Below, piece after piece: positions 49,983-58,897 of a DNA stretch of 64,000 bases (within the stretch, counting starts at the first letter, position 1; the number at the start of each line of letters is the position of its first letter). Below the pieces are notes generated by a model that made no database searches, was not told the origin of the DNA, and saw only the letters and a program-made list of their open reading frames with translations. The position numbers and the translations under genes are program-made. The stretch comes from an uncultured Clostridium sp. (GTDB taxonomy: Bacteria > Bacillota > Clostridia > TANB77 > CAG-508): positions 59,940 to 123,939 of the forward strand of contig CAJMJN010000001.1 of assembly GCA_905213875.1 (NCBI GenBank). The letters run 5' to 3'.

Positions 49983-50540
49983 TTATTCTAACCCATAATT
50001 TCCTGTTGTAAAATCTCTAAACAAATTCACTTCTGGTGAATAATATGTGAATAAAATAAAGCAAAATAATAAAAATACTAATATTATTATTGCCAATATT
50101 TTTGTTTTTTCATTACTCTCATTTTTTCTTGTCATTAGTTTATATGCAACACATTCTCCAATAATAATGCTTAAAATAAATATTAATATATCTATAAAAA
50201 ATATACCTGCACCTATAATTCCTGTATATGTAAAATATGCTACTATTATGAAGAAAATTGCTACAAATATCCCTATGGTTTTTGCCTCTAAATAATTGTT
50301 AACTCTATTTTTTACTATAAAATATTCTATAATTGCAAATATTCCCATTGGATAAAATACTAATTTTAGGTGTTCCCATATGCTTTCATTTACTGGAACA
50401 AATGCTGCTATTATTTTATTTTCTCCTGTCCATTGATATACAAAATGAAACAGAGTTCCACATATTATGCTAAATATTATTGCTACTATTTGTATTTGTA
50501 ATACTTTACTTTTCTTAACTTTTGTTAATATTGATTCCAT
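49983..50540 (-). CDS. Integral membrane protein with five or six transmembrane helices, downstream of the histidine kinase
   Basis: Hydrophobicity pattern. No AgrB-type His/Cys pair. Confidence 0.5.
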   Translation of the reverse strand: MESILTKVKKSKVLQIQIVAIIFSIICGTLFHFVYQWTGENKIIAAFVPVNESIWEHLKLVFYPMGIFAIIEYFIVKNRVNNYLEAKTIGIFVAIFFIIVAYFTYTGIIGAGIFFIDILIFILSIIIGECVAYKLMTRKNESNEKTKILAIIILVFLLFCFILFTYYSPEVNLFRDFTTGNYGLE

Positions 50541-50602
50541 ATAAAAAAGCCCTCCTTATATCTATTTATTAATTTTTATGTAGATATAACTTGGACTTAT
50601 TC

Positions 50603-52033
50603 TTATCTTTCAATATTTTCTATTATTAATTTATTTTCTTCATCTTTTTCTTTTAATTCTTTTCCCTTATAAGATATAATCTTGTATTCATTTTTATTGT
50701 TAAATTTAAATTTTAATACTTTTGTAAAATTACTTTTTGATGGCTTTCCAATTTCTTCTATTTCTAGACTACCTTTAGTTTTGCTTAATGTTTTAAAAGT
50801 ATTCATAAATCCCATACCTGTTCCGCCTTCACTCTTATGTGTTGTTATTGGAATTTTCCCTAAGTTTAATAGTGTATTAAATTCAAACTCAATACCACTA
50901 TCATAAAAATATACTCCATATATACCATCTATTTTTCCAATTTTTACCAATATACTTTTATTAATGTTTTCACAATGATTTATTGCTATAATTGCATCTT
51001 TTATGTGATCTGCAAGTAAAATTTCTAAATCTTCTTTAGGAATATAATTATTAATCATATGATATATATTACCATTTATTTGTAGTTGAAATTCAATATC
51101 ATTTTCTACACATTTCGCTTGCATGCAATCAAGCATATCATCTACTATTTCTATTCCAGTTTTCTCAAGTTCTATTTTTGTTTTCTTTCTTAAATCTTTT
51201 GTTATATTATCTATTTGAGCATTTATTGAGATTTCATCTGCAAATTCTGTATTTTTAGATAACTTTTCTAGCTTATGTTTTAATGAATCTTGTCTATGAG
51301 CTATTGAATGACTTATTTCACTAAAGCTTAAATTTTCAGCTTCTAGTTTTTTTACTTCTTCTGTCTTATCTGCTAGATCTTTTTGTGTTTTCTCTAATAC
51401 TTTTTCTAACATTTGTTGTTTATAATATAATTGTAATGATTTCCATATTGTTATAAACATTACTATTGCAAATATAATTAGCATTACTCCAAATTTAGAA
51501 GTTATACCTTCTTGATAATTTGAAATTATAACTATTAAGAATAATATTGCACTACTAGCATTTAATAATAATAAATTTATATATTCGTCATTTTTCCATT
51601 TCTTTAGGAATGTTATTCCATTACGAATTCTTTTAATTTTCCAAAATAGAAATAGTAGTATAGCCTGAACTAATGCAATTAATATGAATGCTAAATATCT
51701 ATTTTCTATATTTAGTAGTTTCATTGGAAAATATATAAATGTCGATGCAATATAGAATAAAATTTGATTTATTGAAATTGACACTGCAGATATTAGCATC
51801 GAGTACATTATTTTAAACTTATATATAATAGTATAAATTATGCTTATACAGATCAAAGTAAAGATAGTTGTATTTATTTCTCTGTTTAATAACATGCTCA
51901 TACAAATATAGAGAATTGCCGTTATTATATACATTATTGCCCACTTATAATTTATTTTTTCTTCTAAATTTAATACTTTTTTATTGCTATATGATGTAAA
52001 TAAACTCATCACTAACATTTTGATACACAACAT
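50603..52033 (-). CDS. GHKL-domain sensor histidine kinase of the AgrC/HPK10 type, with six or seven N-terminal transmembrane helices
   Basis: Transmembrane bundle, coiled linker, H-box-like FSEISHSIAHRQD, N-box LLADHIKDAIIAIN, G-boxes YFYDSGIEF and GGTGMGFMN. Probable start is the second Met, which has a GGAGG ribosome-binding site. Confidence 0.7.
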   Translation of the reverse strand: MLCIKMLVMSLFTSYSNKKVLNLEEKINYKWAIMYIITAILYICMSMLLNREINTTIFTLICISIIYTIIYKFKIMYSMLISAVSISINQILFYIASTFIYFPMKLLNIENRYLAFILIALVQAILLFLFWKIKRIRNGITFLKKWKNDEYINLLLLNASSAILFLIVIISNYQEGITSKFGVMLIIFAIVMFITIWKSLQLYYKQQMLEKVLEKTQKDLADKTEEVKKLEAENLSFSEISHSIAHRQDSLKHKLEKLSKNTEFADEISINAQIDNITKDLRKKTKIELEKTGIEIVDDMLDCMQAKCVENDIEFQLQINGNIYHMINNYIPKEDLEILLADHIKDAIIAINHCENINKSILVKIGKIDGIYGVYFYDSGIEFEFNTLLNLGKIPITTHKSEGGTGMGFMNTFKTLSKTKGSLEIEEIGKPSKSNFTKVLKFKFNNKNEYKIISYKGKELKEKDEENKLIIENIER

Positions 52034-52060
52034 TTCTTTTTCCTCCACGTTTTATTATAT

Positions 52061-52100
52061 AAAAAAAGAGAAAAGAATTCAATATTCTTTTCTCTTTTTT
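52061..52100. terminator. Bidirectional intrinsic terminator between the micro-ORF and the histidine kinase gene
   Basis: AGAGAAAAGAAT-tcaat-ATTCTTTTCTCT flanked by A7 and T5 runs. Confidence 0.5.
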
Positions 52101-52111
52101 AATTTTAAATT

Positions 52112-52159
52112 CTATTTAAACCAATAGCTAATCCATTTCCAGTAATCTTCCCAACTCAT
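52112..52159 (-). CDS. 15-codon Trp-rich micro-ORF MSWEDYWKWISYWFK; leader or signalling-peptide candidate
   Basis: Shine-Dalgarno AAGGTGGTGG 5 nt before the ATG. 4 of 15 codons are Trp. The terminator lies 17 nt downstream. Confidence 0.3.
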   Translation of the reverse strand: MSWEDYWKWISYWFK

Positions 52160-52307
52160 ATTTTCCACCACCTTTTTATTAGTTTTTTAATCTTTTGTCT
52201 GTCTCTTCTTGTCTAATAAAAAGATACCAATTATTTGCTTAAAATAACTGGTATTTGGTGATAGAGAAAACTGGTTGAAAATAAAAAAATCTAGTATTTT
52301 TTAAATA

Positions 52308-53096
52308 CTAGATTTCTTTTCTTATTTTCTCTGCATAATGATAAATTAATTCCATAGGTGTTGGTTCACCTGTTTTATAATTTACTACTGCTGTATAATT
52401 TTTCATCAATTCATCTAATGGCGTTTTAGCCCATGCATGTGATATTGCATTTTGAATTCCATTAGTAATTGTACTTTCTGTTCTTTGATGCTTTTTAGTC
52501 AAATATCTTATTACATTTATGTCGCTATCTTCATTTTGCACTAAAAACATAATTGCATCATGGATATATCTTCTGCCTTTCATTTTTGCTGTTATTCCTA
52601 TCAAGTCTAACTCTCTGTCTATACTTTTTGATATTTTATTTTCCAAATCTTGTTTTTCTAATTCATATGTTTCTGGTAGTTCTTCTATTTCTTCTTTCCT
52701 ATAAGTTAAGAGCGTATTAAATACATTTTCACTAGAATAGTTTGCTTGTTCTTTATACATTATTAAATCTACATTATCTCTATGAAGTATTTCATATGTT
52801 CTTTTTGACTTTACATGTGTAGTAACAATAATAACTGGTTCATAATTTGGACTAATCTTTCTCAGTTTTGAAACAATTCCCATTGAACTCACATTTCCAT
52901 TACTACTATTATTCAATTCTAAGTCTAATATAATTCCTTCTGGCCTTTTTTCTTTTGCATACTCTAAACCATCAATATCTGAATCTGTTATTTTTACTAT
53001 TTGTATATCATTTCTTCTTTTAGCACATTCTCTAAATTTATTGCATGCATTCACATCATCTTCTATTATTAATATTGTCATAGGCTTAAAATTCAT
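52308..53096 (-). CDS. Response regulator with a receiver domain and a Spo0A_C-type DNA-binding domain; divergent Spo0A paralogue
   Basis: Receiver domain with EDD and ILDLEL (phospho-Asp). The C-terminus aligns to Spo0A_C: LDLIGITAKMKGRRYIHDAI / TITNGIQNAISHAW / EPTPMELIYHYAEKIR against Spo0A [20 protein letters not shown] / RVERAIRHAIEVAW / KPTNSEFIAMVADKLR. Confidence 0.7.
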   Translation of the reverse strand: MNFKPMTILIIEDDVNACNKFRECAKRRNDIQIVKITDSDIDGLEYAKEKRPEGIILDLELNNSSNGNVSSMGIVSKLRKISPNYEPVIIVTTHVKSKRTYEILHRDNVDLIMYKEQANYSSENVFNTLLTYRKEEIEELPETYELEKQDLENKISKSIDRELDLIGITAKMKGRRYIHDAIMFLVQNEDSDINVIRYLTKKHQRTESTITNGIQNAISHAWAKTPLDELMKNYTAVVNYKTGEPTPMELIYHYAEKIRKEI

Positions 53097-53113
53097 AATT
53101 TCTCTCCCCTTTT

Positions 53114-53141
53114 TGACATAATATATCATAATTTATCATAA
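53114..53141. promoter_or_regulatory. Three direct 8-bp repeats at a 10-bp period (TGACATAA, TATCATAA, TATCATAA) immediately upstream of the response-regulator start. The minus strand reads TGTCAAA, one mismatch from a 0A box.
   Basis: Read directly. The repeats overlap the likely -10 region of the response-regulator promoter. Confidence 0.35.
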
Positions 53142-53217
53142 AATACCACATTTTACCATCAGATTATATCAAGTTATTTCCTTTTTCTTCCTGTAAAATG
53201 AACGAAAAGTATATGAG

Positions 53218-53574
53218 GTGACATTCGTAAAAATGAATACTAGTATTGAAATGGACGAAAAAGTCGAAAGAGGAAAACGTATTAAAGATATCAGGGAAAA
53301 CGAATTACACATGACAAAAATTCAACTTGGAAAAGAAATTGGTATTTCAGGACAATTTTTAGGATTAATAGAAAATGGTAGAGGAAATCTTGTTTATCCT
53401 TCTTTAAAAAAATTAATGAATATTAGTGGACATTCTGCTGATTACATTTTATTTGGATTAGATGACTCTATAATTAGTAATACTCAGAAAATTTTAGATA
53501 AATACCAAGATAAACAAATTATTGAAAGTATAAAATTAATTGAAAATATTTCAATTTTTATGAAAAATTTATAA
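53218..53574 (+). CDS. XRE family helix-turn-helix transcriptional regulator, divergent from the response regulator
   Basis: MTKIQLGKEIGISGQFLGLIENGRGN helix-turn-helix. Confidence 0.7.
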   Translation: MTFVKMNTSIEMDEKVERGKRIKDIRENELHMTKIQLGKEIGISGQFLGLIENGRGNLVYPSLKKLMNISGHSADYILFGLDDSIISNTQKILDKYQDKQIIESIKLIENISIFMKNL

Positions 53575-53689
53575 TTATATACACTTAAATTAGTTTTTAA
53601 TTTTCTAATTAATAATTCTTTTATTAATTAGTTAAACATATATTTGCAATCCAAGAAAGGTACAACATAAGTTGTACCTTTCTTGCTTT

Positions 53690-54772
53690 CTATTTTTCTG
53701 ATATTTCTGTAGGCATATTTTCATATAATGGAATTATAAAGTTTAAATTACTATCAACTGTATCTGATGCTTTATATATTTTTAGCATACTTTTTGCTTC
53801 TGACTGTGGTGCCATTAAATTTTGCATATATTGATTTTTGTATAATGAATTATCACCATTTACAACATCAAATTTTTGTAAATATAATGTGTTTTGTCCT
53901 TTATTTATATAATCTTCTTTTACATATTCAATTCCACCAACAATTGCTTTTTCTAACGAATCCCATCCCTGTTCATATGCATATTGGGCTGCATTGCTTA
54001 ATATTTCCGAACTTGAATTTCCTTTTGCACCTATATTAAATGGATTATAAACTATATTTTCTTCATTATATTGATATCCTTTGGACAATACAGTTCCTTT
54101 TTTTCCTTGTTCTTGAATCAATCGTGAAGCTACAAAATATGGATCTATATTAGCCTTTTCGCCAGCTTCTATCAATGCTTTTTGAACAGCTTCGTTATCT
54201 AAAAATGTATTTTTAGTTATTACTTTTAGCCCTTTTTCAGTTTGTGCATTTTTTACATATTTTAATTCTATAAATTGAAATATATTATCATCATTTAATA
54301 TGTTTCTAGGATCCATTTGACATTTTATTGCTTTATCAGATGCACATAGCCATGTTCCATTATCAAATTTTTTATCTTTATCAATCTCACATTTCCAATC
54401 TTCTGGATAATCATTTGAATCTGGTATTAAATTAGTTGGATATTTTACATTATCTTTATGCCCTTCATTTTCTATTACTTCTTCCCAATTCAATTTTGTA
54501 TAAAATAGTGTAAATTCCCAATTTGGATGTAATTCTTTTAAATTATCTATTAATTCTTTATAGCCTGGATATCTTACTTCATTTAAATTTTTTCCATCAT
54601 ATGCTACATATTTTTGTTCTTTGTTTTCTTTAAACAGCATATTTATTCCAGTAATTATTCCTATTAATATTAATATACCAGCAACTATTTTTATTGTTTT
54701 TTGTGGATTATCTTTTATTATTTTTATAATTTTTCTTATGCAATTATTTATTTTATCTTTATATCTTTTCAT
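53690..54772 (-). CDS. Membrane-anchored putative peptidoglycan hydrolase (glucosaminidase-like)
   Basis: N-terminal transmembrane helix. C-terminal region is weakly LytD/FlgJ-like (YNPFNIGAKG, QYAYEQGW). Confidence 0.45.
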   Translation of the reverse strand: MKRYKDKINNCIRKIIKIIKDNPQKTIKIVAGILILIGIITGINMLFKENKEQKYVAYDGKNLNEVRYPGYKELIDNLKELHPNWEFTLFYTKLNWEEVIENEGHKDNVKYPTNLIPDSNDYPEDWKCEIDKDKKFDNGTWLCASDKAIKCQMDPRNILNDDNIFQFIELKYVKNAQTEKGLKVITKNTFLDNEAVQKALIEAGEKANIDPYFVASRLIQEQGKKGTVLSKGYQYNEENIVYNPFNIGAKGNSSSEILSNAAQYAYEQGWDSLEKAIVGGIEYVKEDYINKGQNTLYLQKFDVVNGDNSLYKNQYMQNLMAPQSEAKSMLKIYKASDTVDSNLNFIIPLYENMPTEISEK

Positions 54773-55096
54773 GTTTTTAATTATAACATATTTTTTCTTA
54801 AAAATAACATTCTTTTTCTAAATTTATTTCTCCTATATGAACATTTTTTCTTTTACAGTCATTGTTCTTTTGTTGTTTCTATTATTTATATATCTTTTGT
54901 ATTGTGTTTCCATAAAATTTTTCAAAAATAATTTATCATTTCATCCAATGCTTTAACACTACTCGATATGTTACTAATGAAGATCTTATTTTTGCATATC
55001 TTGTATCCCAAGAATGGATGAAAATAGTATATCCTGAATTTTCGTAATTTTATTAAGTTAAAACACAGCAAGTGATAATTCACTTACTGTGTTTTT

Positions 55097-55408
55097 TTAT
55101 TTTGATAACATTTCCAATATTTCTTTTTTATCAACAACACCTACTGATCTAGAAACTTCTTTACCACCTTTTATAACAACCAATGTTGGTATTGACATTA
55201 CTTTATAGTCTAATGCTATATTAGGATTTTCATCTACATTGACTTTAGCTACTTTTATATCATCATTTTCTTGTGCTATCTCGTCAACAATTGGCGCTAA
55301 CATTTTACATGGTCCACACCAATCCGCATAAAAATCAACTAGTACTGACATTTCACTTTGTAGTACTTCTGTTTTAAAATTATCGTTTGTTATTTTTTCA
55401 ATTTTCAT
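55097..55408 (-). CDS. trxA: Thioredoxin
   Basis: WCGPC active site. 103 aa. Confidence 0.9.
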   Translation of the reverse strand: MKIEKITNDNFKTEVLQSEMSVLVDFYADWCGPCKMLAPIVDEIAQENDDIKVAKVNVDENPNIALDYKVMSIPTLVVIKGGKEVSRSVGVVDKKEILEMLSK

Positions 55409-55576
55409 TTATCTTACCTCCATATACATTTTTATTTTATTATTTGCTATTTTTTATATACTATATACATAATTTTAAATTTATGCAATATATTTTTTTA
55501 TATTGTAATATTTTTTAATATTTTTCATATAATATATAAATGAGTTATAGTTTTCATGGTAATTTTGAAAAAACTA

Positions 55577-55606
55577 TTGACAAAATTAATATCTAGGTTG
55601 TATAAT
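55577..55606 (+). promoter_or_regulatory. Consensus sigma-A promoter TTGACA-18-TATAAT that drives tRNA-fMet
   Basis: TTGACA at 55577-55582 and TATAAT at 55601-55606. The tRNA starts 17 nt downstream. Confidence 0.55.
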
Positions 55607-55622
55607 TAATTTGTTGAAACAT

Positions 55623-55698
<76 letters not shown>

Positions 55699-55699
55699 C

Positions 55700-55730
55700 A
55701 AAGTTTAAAAACAAACTTTTACTTTTGGGT
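55700..55730 (+). terminator. Terminator after the tRNA
   Basis: AAAGTTT-AAAAAC-AAACTTT followed by TACTTTT. Confidence 0.5.
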
Positions 55731-55865
55731 AGATGGTTTTGCAATATCTTGCAGTTTACCAGAAAAGTAATAAGTAGTGTAAAAATAAGTTAAATAATTA
55801 TTTATTTAGCTTATTTTTTTTTTGCGTAAAATATTATTAGAATAATATAATAGGAGGAATTAGAA

Positions 55866-56147
55866 ATGAAAGAGAAAATAGATAAAACAACAGCATTAAT
55901 AAGATTATTGGAACATAATGAAGCAATTAGCATAATAGGTAAGAATAATCAAAGGATTAATAGCTTAAAAGATTTAAAAGGAAATTTTAAAAATATTATT
56001 GATTTATCTTATTCAATAAACATACTTTTAGATAGTTCAAATATAGAAGGATTTGATTTCTTAATTATGACGGTTTCTGATATAACAAAAATAGAAGAAA
56101 CTTTGACTGATTTGTTAGAAAAGCTAAAGGTATCACAAAATTTATAA
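55866..56147 (+). CDS. Hypothetical protein (island)
   Basis: AGGAGGAAT ribosome-binding site. First gene after the tRNA. Confidence 0.5.
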   Translation: MKEKIDKTTALIRLLEHNEAISIIGKNNQRINSLKDLKGNFKNIIDLSYSINILLDSSNIEGFDFLIMTVSDITKIEETLTDLLEKLKVSQNL

Positions 56148-56165
56148 ACAAGAAGGTCAAGAAAA

Positions 56166-56372
56166 ATGTTAAGAGTAGTTGAATTAAAAGAAACAGTATT
56201 AGATAGCTCTGTATATGAAAATGCCTATAAAATAAAAGATTTGTCAGAACATATTATAGAAGAACTGCAATTACATCCTGAAATAAACAAAGATGATTAT
56301 AATTATTTAGAAATAGTATTAGAAAAGACCAAAACAAATTTACAAAAATCATATATGGTTATGAAACTATAA
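56166..56372 (+). CDS. Hypothetical small protein (island)
   Basis: Tightly spaced open reading frame on the same strand. Confidence 0.45.
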   Translation: MLRVVELKETVLDSSVYENAYKIKDLSEHIIEELQLHPEINKDDYNYLEIVLEKTKTNLQKSYMVMKL

Positions 56373-56499
56373 AAGTGCTAAAACACCTGGAATGACTGAA
56401 TTACCACCTTTACCAAATTCAAAAGATGTAGTAAAATTATTATAATATTAGAATATCTAATATATATAACATATATACAATGTTGTGGAGGTGGTAAAA

Positions 56500-56928
56500 A
56501 TGTGTTTAAAAACGAATTTGGTGTGTCAAAATAATAATTTAGAACAAGATGTAATACAACAAGCAAAAGAAATAATAAACTTATTGGAAAACGGTAGACA
56601 AAAGGAACAGCTACTAAAATATGAAGTTGTAAGGCAACAAGGCTATTACAATATGTTTGACCCACGAGCAAGAAAATTAACAGGGCTTTCTGAAAAAGAA
56701 TATATTAATATTCAAAACCATTATTCTGAATTAATGCAGAAATATCCTAATGTAAAAGAACAAGCTAGGAAAAACTTAGGTTATATGAAGTCAGCTGCTA
56801 TTGCAAAAGTAATCGCTCTAAATGGCTGTAAGAAATGTAAAAGAATAGTAAGTAACAAATTAGATGTAACACTAAAAGATTTATGTGAGAATTGTAGAAA
56901 AATAGTAAAACCTTACATTACTCAATAA
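56500..56928 (+). CDS. Hypothetical protein with a C-terminal CxxC-N14-CxxC zinc ribbon
   Basis: GGAGGTGG ribosome-binding site before the ATG at 56500. C-terminal motif GCKKCKRIV...CENCRKIV. Confidence 0.5.
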   Translation: MCLKTNLVCQNNNLEQDVIQQAKEIINLLENGRQKEQLLKYEVVRQQGYYNMFDPRARKLTGLSEKEYINIQNHYSELMQKYPNVKEQARKNLGYMKSAAIAKVIALNGCKKCKRIVSNKLDVTLKDLCENCRKIVKPYITQ

Positions 56929-56971
56929 ATTAAGTGGAACATCTAATTTTTTGTAGGTAAAGAGGTGTGAA

Positions 56972-57358
56972 ATGGAATTTATAAAATATAATAATAATCC
57001 CAAAAATAAAAAAACTGGCGACTGTGTAATTAGAGCAATAGCAACAGCAACAAATAGTAGTTGGGAATATGTATATATTAAATTAGCTGAACTAGGAATA
57101 AGAAAAGGGTTAATTATTAATGACCCTAATAATTGGCAGAAATATTTAGAAATATTAGGGTATGAAAAACAAAAAATGCCACGAAGATCCGACAGGACAA
57201 GATATACTTTAGAAGAATTTGCAACAGAGATAGCAGAAGAAAACAAAATATATCTTGTAAGGTTGGCTGGTCATCTTACAGTTATAAAAAATAAAAATTT
57301 AATTGATACATGGAATTGTAGTTATAAATCAGTTGGAAACTATTGGATAGTGGTGTAA
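56972..57358 (+). CDS. Predicted papain-fold (C39-like) cysteine peptidase-like protein
   Basis: N-terminal TGDCVIRAIATAT (Gly-Asp-Cys) and a later LAGHLTVI (Gly-His), consistent with a Cys-His dyad. Confidence 0.4.
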   Translation: MEFIKYNNNPKNKKTGDCVIRAIATATNSSWEYVYIKLAELGIRKGLIINDPNNWQKYLEILGYEKQKMPRRSDRTRYTLEEFATEIAEENKIYLVRLAGHLTVIKNKNLIDTWNCSYKSVGNYWIVV

Positions 57359-57388
57359 TACAAAGAAAGGAACTTTGGAATCTTGAAA

Positions 57389-57694
57389 ATGATAAAAATT
57401 TTAGTAGTAGAACCAAATAAAAAAATGTATGAAAAAACGATAAAAAATACAATAAATGAAATTTATGGGTTGGTATTTTATCCATACGAAGAAATAGAAA
57501 TACAAAAAGATGTATTTGTAATTTATAGTAAAGAAGCAACACTACTAAGGGATAAAATGTTCAAAGAGAATAGAAAAATCAATAATATTGATATTTTTGG
57601 AACTTTTGTAATAGTAGCAAAGAAAAACAACAAACTAATATCTTTAACAGATTATCAAGTACAAGAAATTAAAAATTTATTTTTAGAAAGGTAA
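57389..57694 (+). CDS. DUF3846 domain protein, common in ICE and prophage accessory regions
   Basis: MIKILVVEPNKKMYEKTI...GTFVIVAKK matches the DUF3846 pattern. Confidence 0.55.
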   Translation: MIKILVVEPNKKMYEKTIKNTINEIYGLVFYPYEEIEIQKDVFVIYSKEATLLRDKMFKENRKINNIDIFGTFVIVAKKNNKLISLTDYQVQEIKNLFLER

Positions 57695-57758
57695 TAAAAT
57701 ATGATAATTAGAAGTACATTGAAAACAAATCTATATACAGAAATCTTAGAAAGGTACT

Positions 57759-58112
57759 TTGATGATGGACGGACCTTTTGTTTTAACATATTATAATTCC
57801 AAAAAGGAATTTAAAGATTTTAAAAAATATGTTAAGGAATTGGAAAATTATAATCCACATTTTGATAACAGAAAAGAGATAAAAAGTAAAATCGGAAATG
57901 TAGTAAAACAAAATTTTAACAATTATATTAATAGCATAGAAACAAATAGTAAATGGCATACAAAATCGTTTAATATTAGAAGATTAAATACATATAAAAA
58001 TTTTATTTTGGAAAACATTGAAATAAAAATAGTAGATTTAATGGCAGATATTTCATTAAATAAAGAAGTGGTATTTTATATATCTCAAGCCAGACAATAT
58101 ATAACATTGTAA
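57759..58112 (+). CDS. Hypothetical protein (island)
   Basis: Open reading frame in a compact same-strand array. Confidence 0.4.
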   Translation: MMMDGPFVLTYYNSKKEFKDFKKYVKELENYNPHFDNRKEIKSKIGNVVKQNFNNYINSIETNSKWHTKSFNIRRLNTYKNFILENIEIKIVDLMADISLNKEVVFYISQARQYITL

Positions 58113-58126
58113 AGGTGGGATTGAAT

Positions 58127-58291
58127 ATGGAAGAAAAACAAAAATGTAAATATTGTAACAAAGAAATAAATGGATATGTAGAGACATCAAGATTAGACCC
58201 AAGAATAAAATTATGTAGTAATTGTTACTATATGGAAATGTTTGAAATGGCAATTACAAAAATAGTATCAGAAAGTGAGAAAAATAAGTGA
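58127..58291 (+). CDS. 54-aa zinc-ribbon protein (CKYCNK ... CSNCYY)
   Basis: AAAGGTGGGA ribosome-binding site. Stop codon overlaps the next start (GTGA). Shorter than the ORF-track cutoff. Confidence 0.45.
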   Translation: MEEKQKCKYCNKEINGYVETSRLDPRIKLCSNCYYMEMFEMAITKIVSESEKNK

Positions 58292-58776
58292 AAGATTTAA
58301 TTGAAATAATAAAAATGGTGGCACAACAATATAAAAATATTAAGCTTGATATAATAGAAAATAAACTAAAATTAAAATTTTATATAATGAATAACATATA
58401 TAAAACATTAGAAATAACACAAGAAAAGGGTAAATTAAAAGTGCTAATAGTAGAAGATAAAATTACAAAAATTATGAAGTTAGAGGAATTAAAAGAATTG
58501 ATTTTAATTTTATATAAACAAAGTAATGCTAGAGAATACAGCAAAGAAGAAATTAAACTAATAAAACAAAAATATGTGCCTGGTACTAAAATTGAGTTAA
58601 TAAAAATGTACGATTACATAAAACCAATTCCACCAATGACAAGAGGTATGGTTGATTTTGTAGATGACTTAGGGACAATTCATGTGATATGGGAAAATGG
58701 TAGTAATTTAGGTTTAGTAGTTGGAACAGATATATTTAAAACAATATGTCCATTATGCAACCAAGAAATAAAATAA
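58288..58776 (+). CDS. DUF4314-domain protein, a family found on conjugative elements and prophages
   Basis: The C-terminal segment YVPGTKIELIKMYDYIKPIPPMTRGMVDFVDDLGTIHVIWENGSNLGLVVGTD has the DUF4314 pattern. Confidence 0.5.
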   Translation: MKDLIEIIKMVAQQYKNIKLDIIENKLKLKFYIMNNIYKTLEITQEKGKLKVLIVEDKITKIMKLEELKELILILYKQSNAREYSKEEIKLIKQKYVPGTKIELIKMYDYIKPIPPMTRGMVDFVDDLGTIHVIWENGSNLGLVVGTDIFKTICPLCNQEIK

Positions 58777-58897
58777 TAATTAAAAACAATTTAAAATAGT
58801 TTTACTATTTATGATATAAAATTATACAGTAAATATATAAAAACGTGAATATGACAGTATTACGGTACAAATTGAAGTATAAAATTAGGAGGAGTAA

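Noticed and set aside
49983-50540. 185-aa membrane protein downstream of the AgrC-like kinase as AgrB
   Set aside because: AgrB has its catalytic His and Cys about 7 residues apart in a conserved block. Here the only candidate His and Cys are about 77 residues apart and the surrounding motifs are absent.
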